From Sphingomonadales bacterium (GTDB lineage Bacteria; Pseudomonadota; Alphaproteobacteria; Sphingomonadales; Sphingomonadaceae): a stretch of 64,000 bases of DNA. Below the pieces are notes generated by a model. That model did no database searches. It saw only the letters and a list, made by a program, of their open reading frames with translations, and was not told the origin of the DNA. Every line of letters begins with the position of its first letter. Within the stretch, counting starts at the first letter, position 1. Where the stretch lies: the NCBI GenBank assembly GCA_028871475.1, contig JAGWMZ010000019.1, positions 16,102 to 80,101 of the forward strand, read 5' to 3'. The position numbers and the translations under genes are program-made. Shown piece by piece: positions 41,508-50,120 of the stretch.

Positions 41508-42359
41508 ATGACCGAAGCCTACACGCCCCCCACGGTATGGACATGGGACAAGAAGCCGGGCGCCTCCGCCGCGGCTCTCAATCGCCCCGTCGCCGGGGCC
41601 ACGCATGACGCCGCCCTGCCCGAGGGTGAACATCCGTTTCAGCTTTATTCGCTGGGAACACCCAATGGGCAGAAGGTCACCATCCTGTTTGAGGAGCTGA
41701 TCGAGGCCGGCCATGCGGCTGAGTATGATGCCTGGTTCATCAGCATCGGCAATGGCGACCAATTCGGCAGCGGCTTTGTGGAGATCAACCCGAATTCCAA
41801 GATTCCAGCTCTGCTCGACCGCAGTGGACCCGAGCCAGTTCGCGTGTTCGAATCGGGCTCGATCCTGGTGCATCTGGCCGAAAAGTTCGGCGCCTTCCTG
41901 CCCACCAGTGGCCCTGCTCGCACCGAGACCTTCAATTGGCTGATGTGGCAGATGGGCTCTGCCCCCTTCATCGGAGGCGGGTTCGGGCATTTCTATTTCT
42001 ATGCCCCCGAGAAGATCGAATATGCGATCAATCGCTATGCGATGGAGGCCAAGCGGTTGCTGGACGTGGCCGATCGCCGCCTTGGCGAAAGCCGCTTCCT
42101 GGCTGGCGATGACTATACCATTGCGGACATGGCAACCTTCGGATGGTTTCGCGGATTGATCCAGGGCGATGCCTATGGCGATGCAGCCCAGTTCCTTTCG
42201 ACCTCTGACTATACGAATCTGACACGCTGGGTGGATGAAATTGACGCTCGCCCGGCCACGCATCGCGGCCGTTTCGTCAACAAACCCGATGGCATTCGTG
42301 AACGTCACTCAGCCGCCGATTTCGCTCCGCTTTTCGCTAAGGGTGCAGCGGGGCTTTAA
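41508..42359 (+). CDS. yghU: Nu-class glutathione S-transferase-like disulfide-bond oxidoreductase YghU
   Basis: Near-collinear resemblance to E. coli YghU as I remember it: VWTWDK, HP.QLYSLGTPNGQKVTI, EYDAW.I.IG.GDQF.SGFVE.NPNSKIPAL. Confidence 0.88.
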   Translation: MTEAYTPPTVWTWDKKPGASAAALNRPVAGATHDAALPEGEHPFQLYSLGTPNGQKVTILFEELIEAGHAAEYDAWFISIGNGDQFGSGFVEINPNSKIPALLDRSGPEPVRVFESGSILVHLAEKFGAFLPTSGPARTETFNWLMWQMGSAPFIGGGFGHFYFYAPEKIEYAINRYAMEAKRLLDVADRRLGESRFLAGDDYTIADMATFGWFRGLIQGDAYGDAAQFLSTSDYTNLTRWVDEIDARPATHRGRFVNKPDGIRERHSAADFAPLFAKGAAGL

Positions 42360-42368
42360 TTACACATA

Positions 42369-42410
42369 CAAGAGGGGTTTTTCCGCGAAAATTTGCGGTT
42401 TCCCCTCTTG
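42369..42410 (+). terminator. compound hairpin after yghU
   Basis: CAAGAGGGG...CCCCTCTTG encloses an inner CCGC-gaaaattt-GCGG hairpin. Confidence 0.45.
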
Positions 42411-42469
42411 CCCACCGGCTTCAATTCCTGCAAAGCGCGCGTCCGCAGACACGAAATGGTCTGCCATGC

Positions 42470-42544
42470 TGGGGCGTAGCCAAGCGGTAAGGCAGCGGTT
42501 TTTGGTACCGCCATGCGGAGGTTCGAATCCTCCCGCCCCAGCCA
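42470..42544 (+). tRNA. tRNA-Gln (anticodon UUG), CCA encoded
   Basis: TGGGGCGTAGCCAAGCGGTAAGGCA... is near-identical in architecture to E. coli tRNA-Gln. The anticodon arm is GCGGT-ttTTGgt-ACCGC, the T-arm is GGAGGTTCGAATCCTCC, and the acceptor stem pairs TGGGGCG with CGCCCCA. Confidence 0.95.
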
Positions 42545-42674
42545 GTCGTCGAAATAAACCCCTGATTTTAAAAGATTGACCTCATTTTCCACTTTCGGCG
42601 TCCGCCGAAGGTGTTCCGGGCCTTGTGCCGCATCATGTGACGCGTCGGCACAGGCCAGAACCGAGGACAATCCC

Positions 42675-44603
42675 ATGGCCATTCGCCAGTTGAATCTCAT
42701 CCGCCGCGGCGACACTTTCTATTATCGCGCAAGCTTCTCACTGGATGGAAAGGTTTCGGAGGTAAGGCTCTCGCTGAAGACCGGTGATCGTCGCGTCGCC
42801 CGTCAGCGTGCGATCGAGATGGATCGCCTTCTCAGGAGCCAGTGGCAGCGATTGTCGAGAATGAACGAAGGCATCTCCCCATCAGATCGGCTCTCCATCC
42901 TGCGCGAGGGCGCCATCAGGGCGCGCGACGCCTTCGAGCAGGTTTTCGCGGTTGAGCAGCACGACGGCTACGACGACGCCGATGAGGTTCAGCGCGAGAA
43001 CCTGCGCACGCTGCGCTCCATGGATCTGGTCGTCCGGGACATCTTCGCTCACGGCCTTGGTCCTTCCTTCGGCACGCACGACCATTTCCACTCCCGCTTC
43101 GTCGAAGGGATGCCGGATCTGTCCCTCGAGGACGGCGTCCGGGTGCAGGAGATCCTTTTCGTCGCCGAAGAACTGCGCACCGCGATCCAGAAGGGCGCCC
43201 ATCGGGCTCTGGTCCGTCGGAACCTGGAAGTGACCCCGGCTAACCTGACATTGGCACGTCAGCAGATGATGGCCGGCGTGGCGCTTGCTATGCGCGATCT
43301 CCAGAAGGAGATCGCGGAGCCCCACGCCAAGGTTGACGACATCCTGGCCTCGCTGTCGCTCGACGACCTGATCGCCGGCGCGGGGCGGGAGTCCGATCAG
43401 GCCTCGCAGCCGGCTCCGCCTCCTCCTGCCGCTCCACCGCCAGCGGCCAGGGACATGGCGCCCGCGGCTGCAATTGTCCTGTCCGAGCCGGTCACACCTT
43501 CCGCTTCGGCTATGTCCATCCGCCAGGCATCCGAGGCCTTTCTTGCCGCGAACCCCAAGCTTGACGCCGATGTCGCCGGCGCCCGCTGGACTCCGAAAAC
43601 AAGAAGCCAGTTCGAGGCTGCGATCTTCCTGGCGGACAAGCATTTCGGTTCAACGGCAGATATTCGGGGCATCGAAGAGACCCAACTCGCCAATTTCTTC
43701 CGGGTTCTGCGCAAGCTGCCCAGCTCCCATCACAAGACCCCGGCCCATGCGGGCATGACGCTCGCGGAAATCGGGGCTGCCAACAACGGCGACGGTCTGA
43801 GCCTGGCCACCACCAACCGCCACATGCGCTTCCTCAAGGCCGTCTTCCAATGGGTCGCCAAGCGGACGCCCGGGGCTCCGATCATCGAATGGTCCGCTTT
43901 CATCGAAGCCGACACCCGGCTGAAGCGCGACAAGCGTGACGCCTTCAAGGTCGACGAGTTGGAGAAGCTGTTCCACGGTCCCGTGTGGAGCGGGTCGGAC
44001 TCCCGCACCCGTCGCCTCAAGCCGGGGCACACGGTCTTCCAGGACGCTTGCTACTGGATCCCTTTACTTTTGACCTATACCGGCGCGCGGCGCGAGGAGG
44101 TCAGCAAGGCGATGGTGCAAGACGTCGAACTGATCGACGGCATCTGGTGCCTGCGCATCCGGGTCAGTGAAACCGGGCGGGTCAAGAACGTAGCGGCAGT
44201 CCGGGATGTCCCCGTCGCAACGGAACTCAGGAGGCTCGGCTTCTTGGAATTCGTCGAAGGCGTACGCGCCGAAGGGCACAGCGAGCTGTTCCCGGAACTC
44301 AGCACCGGGGGCGCCACCTACGGCGACGCCTTTTATAAGAGGTGGTGGCGGGCGTTCATGCGCGCTGATCTTGTGCCAATGGGCAAGGACATGCATTCGA
44401 TCAGGCATTTCGTCGCGGTACAGCTGGGAATAAAAGGCGTGTCCGAGGAGCGTCGCGCGGACCTGCTCGGCCACACCCTCGACAGCAGCGAGACGGTCAC
44501 GACCTATAGCGAGCGCGCCCCGCTCGAACTTCTTCTCAAGGTCGTGGACACCATTCCGTTGGTCACCAGGCATCTGAAGAGGATGCCGCTTCGACGACCG
44601 TAA
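42675..44603 (+). CDS. int: tyrosine-type site-specific integrase (large, with Pro/Ala-rich linker)
   Basis: The C-terminal catalytic region has ARREE (Arg), HSIRHF..VQL, LLGH and a downstream Tyr (TTYSER). ATG verified at 42675. Adjacent to the tRNA. Confidence 0.88.
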   Translation: MAIRQLNLIRRGDTFYYRASFSLDGKVSEVRLSLKTGDRRVARQRAIEMDRLLRSQWQRLSRMNEGISPSDRLSILREGAIRARDAFEQVFAVEQHDGYDDADEVQRENLRTLRSMDLVVRDIFAHGLGPSFGTHDHFHSRFVEGMPDLSLEDGVRVQEILFVAEELRTAIQKGAHRALVRRNLEVTPANLTLARQQMMAGVALAMRDLQKEIAEPHAKVDDILASLSLDDLIAGAGRESDQASQPAPPPPAAPPPAARDMAPAAAIVLSEPVTPSASAMSIRQASEAFLAANPKLDADVAGARWTPKTRSQFEAAIFLADKHFGSTADIRGIEETQLANFFRVLRKLPSSHHKTPAHAGMTLAEIGAANNGDGLSLATTNRHMRFLKAVFQWVAKRTPGAPIIEWSAFIEADTRLKRDKRDAFKVDELEKLFHGPVWSGSDSRTRRLKPGHTVFQDACYWIPLLLTYTGARREEVSKAMVQDVELIDGIWCLRIRVSETGRVKNVAAVRDVPVATELRRLGFLEFVEGVRAEGHSELFPELSTGGATYGDAFYKRWWRAFMRADLVPMGKDMHSIRHFVAVQLGIKGVSEERRADLLGHTLDSSETVTTYSERAPLELLLKVVDTIPLVTRHLKRMPLRRP

Positions 44604-44908
44604 GATCGACGGCGGGCTAACCGTGGCCGACGGCGCGCGTGGTCGCAATCCGCGCGGGCCGGGCGCGACGCCCCCAATGTCGTGAGACCGGCGCTTGGGA
44701 TCCTTTGGTGGTTGGCAGAGCCCGCGCACGCCAAGGGATGCCTTCCGCCGGGCGCGATCTGACCTCATTCATCCCGGAAGGTGGACGCGACCGAACGGCG
44801 CCATCGTACAAGATTGCACGCCCGAGAAGTGTTCACCTCCCTCTCGCCGCCAACCCCAAGTCAGGGTTCGGGGGCGTTCCTCACCAGAGGTAGTGTCAGG
44901 ACAGCGCG

Positions 44909-45448
44909 ATGGAATGGGTGCCGATTATCCTCCTCACGTTCAAGGCCACCGTGCTTTTCGTGGGCATGTTCTTCGCCATCAAGTGGCACCACGACCAGGA
45001 CCGGAACCAGAGGATCGAGACCGGAGGATCGGAGACGTCCCCCGACATGCGCCTCTTCATGACGATGATCATCGCCCTCGGCATGTCGCTGATCGGGATC
45101 GTCTACGCCGGATGCTGGGGTGTCGCGGCGCATGGAGGATGGGGCGGCGCGCTGGGATGCGCCTTCACCTTCTTCATGCTCCTCATGTCCAGACGTGACG
45201 CTGAGGAGGGCCTGGCGGGAACCGCGGGACAGCCCGGCCACGGTCGCATTGGGCAGGTCCAGGCGCCAATGGGCGAAGACCACGGCGAGGTTGCTGTCCT
45301 CAAGTCTCAGGCCGAACGCCTGCGCGACGCCTTGGTCATCCGGGTGGGAGCCCTCGAACGGGAGAAGATCTATCTCGGCGTGGCGAGCACGGTGAGCGCG
45401 CTGGCCTGGAAGTTTGGTGACACCGCCGCCGCCTGGCTCAAATTCTAG
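44909..45448 (+). CDS. hypothetical integral membrane protein
   Basis: Three or four hydrophobic helices followed by a coiled-coil-like C-terminus. No motif recognised. Confidence 0.45.
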   Translation: MEWVPIILLTFKATVLFVGMFFAIKWHHDQDRNQRIETGGSETSPDMRLFMTMIIALGMSLIGIVYAGCWGVAAHGGWGGALGCAFTFFMLLMSRRDAEEGLAGTAGQPGHGRIGQVQAPMGEDHGEVAVLKSQAERLRDALVIRVGALEREKIYLGVASTVSALAWKFGDTAAAWLKF

Positions 45449-45571
45449 CTCTGCAGGCGCTCGGTCTCTACCTTCCGGTCCAACGCCGGGATGTCGGCTC
45501 TCCATTCTGGAGATCCCCGACGTGCGGCTCGGCAAGTGTATGACCCATTTCTGGGATCTGCCGTAAACACG

Positions 45572-46003
45572 CTAGATGCCTTTGGTGTCAGCCGGAGAAG
45601 GCTTTGTCGGTGGCGGGACTTCGTTTTCGATGGCGGTGGCAAAAAGATCGGCATAATCTTCAAGCTTAGCCAGTTTGATGGCTTCGCGGTTGTCGATTTG
45701 CCCGGCAGACCAGGCATCGAGTATGCCGGAGAGCGACTCCAGATTCTGTTCAGCCCTGGCGATCTCCATGAACGCGCCATCGAGGCTGCGCGCAGCGGAA
45801 ATCATACCGATGAGCCTGACCAGCTGTTCTCCTTCGATACGGCCATGCTCCTCGAACGCGATCACTTCTTGATCGCGCATCTTCGCGCGTCTGGCGATAT
45901 CATGCACGGTCAGGTCTTCACGCACGCGGAGCGCCTTGAGACGAGCGCCAAGCTCTCGCGCCGTAGGAAGCGGTGGCTTTGGAGGCGCATATGACGTTGC
46001 CAT
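45572..46003 (-). CDS. XRE-family helix-turn-helix transcriptional regulator
   Basis: LGARLKALRVREDLTVHDIARRAKMRDQEVIAFEEHGR is a typical HTH_3 pattern. Confidence 0.65.
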   Translation of the reverse strand: MATSYAPPKPPLPTARELGARLKALRVREDLTVHDIARRAKMRDQEVIAFEEHGRIEGEQLVRLIGMISAARSLDGAFMEIARAEQNLESLSGILDAWSAGQIDNREAIKLAKLEDYADLFATAIENEVPPPTKPSPADTKGI

Positions 46004-46373
46004 TCAAACCTCCTTTTAGTTCGACGCCATATCTGGCCATGAGTGGCATTGTACCATTGAAGCTTCTCCGACGGAATTCCCAAAGGATATCGATATGTCA
46101 GGAAGGGTGGTCAGCCATGGGCCACTGGGCTTCGGCCAAAACGACCGGATGATGGGCTGCACAGTTGCCGTTCCATATGGCGATCGCTCTATTATAGCGC
46201 GCTTTTCCTCCACCCCGATGCCTACAAATGCCTGGCCGGACATGAATGGATTTATGCCTGCGGCTTGACAGGTAGGGCCTGCGAGAGGAGGGCCGCCCCG
46301 GGGACGCTGAGTCCATCGAGTTGCTTCCCCCACCAGGTCCGGTTGGGCAAAGCGGAAGGGTAAGAGCAACGCA

Positions 46374-46973
46374 ATGTCAGGCTTTTCGATCGATCTGTTC
46401 GGCGCTCCCCTGCTGCCTGGTCTCGAAGGGGCCGACGACATCCTTTCCGCAGACGAGGAAGCCGCGCTTATCGCCCGCATCGACGAGCAGGCGCTTTCAC
46501 CCTTCAAGTTCCAGGGATGGGAGGGCAAGCGCCTCACGACCTCCTTTGGCTGGAACTACGACTTCGAGAAGGGAACCGCGGCCCGCGCGGCTGAGATTCC
46601 GGACTGGCTTCAGGCCATCAAGGCGCGGGCCGCCGCCTTCGCCCGACTGCCCGACGGCGAACTCGTCCAGGCGCTGCTGATCCGCTACGATCCGGGCGCC
46701 GGGATCGGCTGGCACAGGGATCGCCCGATATTCGAGCACGTCGTCGGCATCTCGCTCGGCGTCCATGCCGTGATGCGGTTTCGCAGGCGCATCGAGAAGG
46801 GTTTCAACCGCGTCTCGGCGCCGCTCGCTCCCCGCTCGATCTACCATCTGAGCGGCGAAGCCCGGTACGAATGGGAGCACAGCATCGCCGAGATGGAGGA
46901 GACACGCTGGTCCATCACCTTTCGCAGCCTGTCGACGCGGGGCCGACGGGAACTCTATATCGAGCCCGCCTAG
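46374..46973 (+). CDS. alkB: AlkB-like Fe(II)/2-oxoglutarate-dependent dioxygenase
   Basis: IGWHRD (HxD), a distal His (EWEHSI) and RWSITFR (2OG-binding Arg), with the size typical of AlkB repair dioxygenases. Confidence 0.8.
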   Translation: MSGFSIDLFGAPLLPGLEGADDILSADEEAALIARIDEQALSPFKFQGWEGKRLTTSFGWNYDFEKGTAARAAEIPDWLQAIKARAAAFARLPDGELVQALLIRYDPGAGIGWHRDRPIFEHVVGISLGVHAVMRFRRRIEKGFNRVSAPLAPRSIYHLSGEARYEWEHSIAEMEETRWSITFRSLSTRGRRELYIEPA

Positions 46974-47140
46974 CCTCCGCCACGCCCAGATCCCATGGCC
47001 TGGCCTCGATATGCCACCGGGGCGAATGCCAACCGGGCGCCCGTCGCCGGCAACCTCGGTTTTCACGTCGCGAGATCAGAGCCTTTTGTCCGCCTCCAGG
47101 CCGAGCGTCTTCTTATGTGGGACGCGGCGTGTGATGACGA

Positions 47141-47833
47141 TCATCCCCGCCAACTGGCTGGGAATAGGCGCTTGAGCGCCTCCACCTTCGGCCGGTCGTT
47201 GATCACGATGTAGGGATAGGTCGGGTTGAGCGCATAGAAGTTCTGGTGGTAGGCCTCGGCCGGGAAGAAGTGCTTGTTGTCCTCGACGCGCGTGGCGATG
47301 GGACGGGCGAAGACGTGAGCCGCCGCGAGCTGCGCGATGTATGCGCGGGCGATCTTGTCCTGTGCCGGGGTCACCGGGAAGAGCGCTGAGCGGTACTGCG
47401 TCCCCACGTCGGGCCCCTGCCGGTTGACGAGCGTGGGATCGGCCACCACCGAAAAGTAGATGCGCAGCAGATCTGAATAGTCGACCTGGGCGGGATCGAA
47501 GACGACCTGGACGGATTCGGCGTGCCCTGTGCTGCCCGTCGAGACCGTCTCGTAGTCGGCGGTCGTCGAGTTGCCTCCCGCATAGCCCGGGGTGGCGCTG
47601 ATGACGCCCCGGACATGGGAGAAGACCCCCTGGACGCCCCAGAAGCAGCCGCCGGCGAAAACGGCGGTTTCGCGATGGCCCGACGCATGCTCGGCGGCGG
47701 CCGGCGGCGGCGCCAGCACGGCGGGCTCCGCGGCGATGCCGGGCGCCATGAAGGCGAGCGCGCCTCCACTGACGCACAACGCGGCGATGAAGGGCATGAA
47801 CCGGGATCTGCGATGGGTGCGAACAAGGGACAT
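47141..47833 (-). CDS. msrA: exported peptide-methionine (S)-S-oxide reductase
   Basis: GGCFWGVQGVF active-site motif and an N-terminal signal-like segment (RRSRFMPFIAALCVSGGALAFMAPGIAA). ATG verified at 47833. Confidence 0.88.
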   Translation of the reverse strand: MSLVRTHRRSRFMPFIAALCVSGGALAFMAPGIAAEPAVLAPPPAAAEHASGHRETAVFAGGCFWGVQGVFSHVRGVISATPGYAGGNSTTADYETVSTGSTGHAESVQVVFDPAQVDYSDLLRIYFSVVADPTLVNRQGPDVGTQYRSALFPVTPAQDKIARAYIAQLAAAHVFARPIATRVEDNKHFFPAEAYHQNFYALNPTYPYIVINDRPKVEALKRLFPASWRG

Positions 47834-48338
47834 GACGGTGAACTCCGTTGGGCGATCCCTCTCAACTACGAAGCGAAGCGGCGGAACGTCACACGGGCTG
47901 CCAAATTTTTTCCTCGATGTCCTCGCGTATCGCGGATGGATCAACCGATGCGGCCCACATCACGTCCGCAGTCGTCAACCTCAGTCGTCGCACCGGCCAG
48001 ACTTGGCGCGTTGCCTATCGGGAGGCTGTGCTTACGGCGATCAGGACAACTGCCGTGAACCGCCCTGCCGCCTTCGGGAAGGTAGCGCCATAGTTCCTCT
48101 CGGGATTGAGTGCGGAAAGCGCCTGACATTCCCTTTTCTGGTGATTGCTCACCTTCCTGCATGTCAGATCGCGCAAGCTACAGAGAACCATCGAAATCCA
48201 TCAAGTCTTGTAAAGACATCTAAAAAACGCATAATAATCTGACGTTATCCATTGGAATCCCTTTTCTTTTATCATGCTTTGTGTCCTGTCTCCTCCAAGC
48301 AACGGACCAAGGGAGATTTTAATCTAAACGACACCTTG

Positions 48339-48359
48339 AATGTCGGATAATCCGACATT
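48339..48359. promoter_or_regulatory. perfect 10-1-10 palindrome, candidate XRE operator
   Basis: AATGTCGGAT-A-ATCCGACATT lies 38 nt upstream of the first ATG of the operon, inside an AT-rich promoter-like stretch. Confidence 0.45.
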
Positions 48360-48396
48360 ATAAAGAAGGAATGTAGGCAAAACGCTCGAGGTCACG

Positions 48397-48741
48397 ATGG
48401 CAACGATCGCTCCCGCAATTCCGAAACCAGACATTTTTCCCCGTGACGACGTCATCAAAGCCTTGGTCGCAGAACTGCTCCAGAATGCAGTCGCCGAGGC
48501 GCAGGTCCGTGGCATCAATCTCCCGGCTGATGTGCCTGGGCGCATGACGGCAGCCGTTCCGATGGATTCACTTTCCGTCGTCGCGACGTTGGTCGCCGTC
48601 GAGGCCGTGGTGGGATTTGAACTGAAGGACAGTCTCGTCCGCACCGGTGGCTACGCCTCGGTCCAAGCTGCCGTCGACCATGTCGTGCCCCGCATCCAGG
48701 CTGTCTGGGAGAAGAAGAAAAGCAAGGGCAAGAAGGCGTGA
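48397..48741 (+). CDS. carrier-protein-like small protein (ACP/PCP-fold candidate)
   Basis: The segment PMDSLSVVATLVAVEAVVGFELKD...YASVQAAVDHV parallels ACP [24 protein letters not shown]...TTVQAAIDYI, including the DSL serine. Its stop overlaps the next start (GTGA). Confidence 0.5.
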   Translation: MATIAPAIPKPDIFPRDDVIKALVAELLQNAVAEAQVRGINLPADVPGRMTAAVPMDSLSVVATLVAVEAVVGFELKDSLVRTGGYASVQAAVDHVVPRIQAVWEKKKSKGKKA

Positions 48742-49106
48742 CCCGCGAAGCACCTCCGATCGAGGACGACGACGCGGCTCGACGCCAGCTCGGCGAGCGA
48801 CTGAAGGAGGCGCGAAAGTACCTCGGCCTGACGCAGGAGGAGGTTGCCGCATATCTTCGGATTGGACGCACCGCCCTCGGAGACATCGAGAGCGGTCAGC
48901 GCCGGGTCGAGGTCATCGAACTGACCCGGCTCGCGAAGCTCTACCGGCAATCGGTGGGATACTTCACCGGCGAGGAGGAATCGTCCGGACTTCCTGCCGA
49001 TGTGGCGCACCTCGCGCGCAGGGTGGCCGATCTGTCGCAAGACGATCGCGACGAACTGGCACGCTTCGCGGATTATCTCCGCACGCGGTCGAGCGGTGAG
49101 CGCTGA
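48738..49106 (+). CDS. XRE-family HTH regulator (ImmR-like)
   Basis: LGERLKEARKYLGLTQEEVAAYLRIGRTALGDIESGQR is a canonical HTH_3 domain. It lies immediately upstream of an ImmA/IrrE-type peptidase. Confidence 0.85.
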   Translation: MTREAPPIEDDDAARRQLGERLKEARKYLGLTQEEVAAYLRIGRTALGDIESGQRRVEVIELTRLAKLYRQSVGYFTGEEESSGLPADVAHLARRVADLSQDDRDELARFADYLRTRSSGER

Positions 49107-49109
49107 ACG

Positions 49110-50120
49110 GTGGCGGCAGATTATCCCAGCGCCGTCAGGGCTGGTGCGCTCGCGGCGGCGCGCCTGCACAACCAACTCGCTGTCCGCGCCGCCGTCGAGA
49201 CCGGAGGCGGTTCCATCGACGTCTTCAGCGCCATCAACGCGCTGGAGCTGCCGCTGCTCCTGCGCCCGCTGAAAGGCCTATTGGGCGCATATCTGAATCT
49301 ACCGGTGCCGGGCGTGCTGGTTACGACCGAACGGCAGATGAGCATCCAGAGGTTCACAGCCGCCCACGAACTCGGCCACTACTTCATGAAGCACGAGCCC
49401 AGCCTCGATGACGAGAGCATCCTGCGACGCATGCCGACGTCTCCCGAGCCCGGCGGACTGTTTCAGGAGGCCGAGGCGGATTCCTTCGCGGTCGCCTTCA
49501 TGATGCCGATGTGGCTGATCCTGATGCACGCTGCCCGACAGGGCTGGCAGGTCCCGGACTTCCAGCGTCCGAACATCGTGTATCAGGCGTCATTGCGCCT
49601 GGGCGCCAGCTACGAGGCCACCTGCAGGACACTCGCCCGTTACGATCTCATCTCCCAGTGGACTATGCACGACCTTCTCAACGTCAAGCCGCGCGAGATG
49701 AAGGTCGATCTCCTCCGGGAGTACCGCCCCCCCAACTACAGGGGCGACGTCTGGCTGCTCACCGCGAAGGACGCGGGGACGCGTATCGATGGCAGCCGCA
49801 ACGACGTGTTCGTGCTCAGATTGAACGAGCATAGTGGTGGTGGCTATCTTTGGGACTTCGAACAGCTGGCGCAAAGTGGTTTCGCCATTGTCCGGGACGA
49901 CCGGGAAGCGATCGATCCCGAGGGGATCGGCAGCCCGGTGATCCGACGCGTGACCGCGGCGATCGAGGATGCCGACCGGGGGCGTATGTCGTTGAGCGAA
50001 CGGCGTCCATGGCAGCCCTCGACCGCGATCGCGGATCTGACCTTCGACTATGATGTCACCGGTCCCGAGCGGGCTGGCCTATCGCGTGCGGAGCGCCGCG
50101 CTCGCCTCGAGGTGGCATGA
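49110..50120 (+). CDS. ImmA/IrrE-family (M78) zinc metallopeptidase fused to a chagasin-like (I42) cysteine-peptidase inhibitor domain
   Basis: HELGHYFMKH zinc motif at 49365-49379 in a COG2856-like context. The C-terminal 105 aa or so carry the three chagasin loop motifs in order: GGGYLWDF (cf. NPTTGYxW), IGSPV (cf. GxGG) and RRPWQP (RPW). GTG start. Confidence 0.75.
   Translation: MAADYPSAVRAGALAAARLHNQLAVRAAVETGGGSIDVFSAINALELPLLLRPLKGLLGAYLNLPVPGVLVTTERQMSIQRFTAAHELGHYFMKHEPSLDDESILRRMPTSPEPGGLFQEAEADSFAVAFMMPMWLILMHAARQGWQVPDFQRPNIVYQASLRLGASYEATCRTLARYDLISQWTMHDLLNVKPREMKVDLLREYRPPNYRGDVWLLTAKDAGTRIDGSRNDVFVLRLNEHSGGGYLWDFEQLAQSGFAIVRDDREAIDPEGIGSPVIRRVTAAIEDADRGRMSLSERRPWQPSTAIADLTFDYDVTGPERAGLSRAERRARLEVA

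Noticed and set aside
46016-46537. 173-aa minus-strand ORF between the XRE gene and alkB. A 57-codon plus-strand ORF at about 46,095-46,268 was noted in the same interval.
   Set aside because: The long ORF overlaps the alkB 5' end in antisense and has no motif. The short plus-strand ORF has no convincing RBS or coding bias. Either could be real, but I cannot support them.
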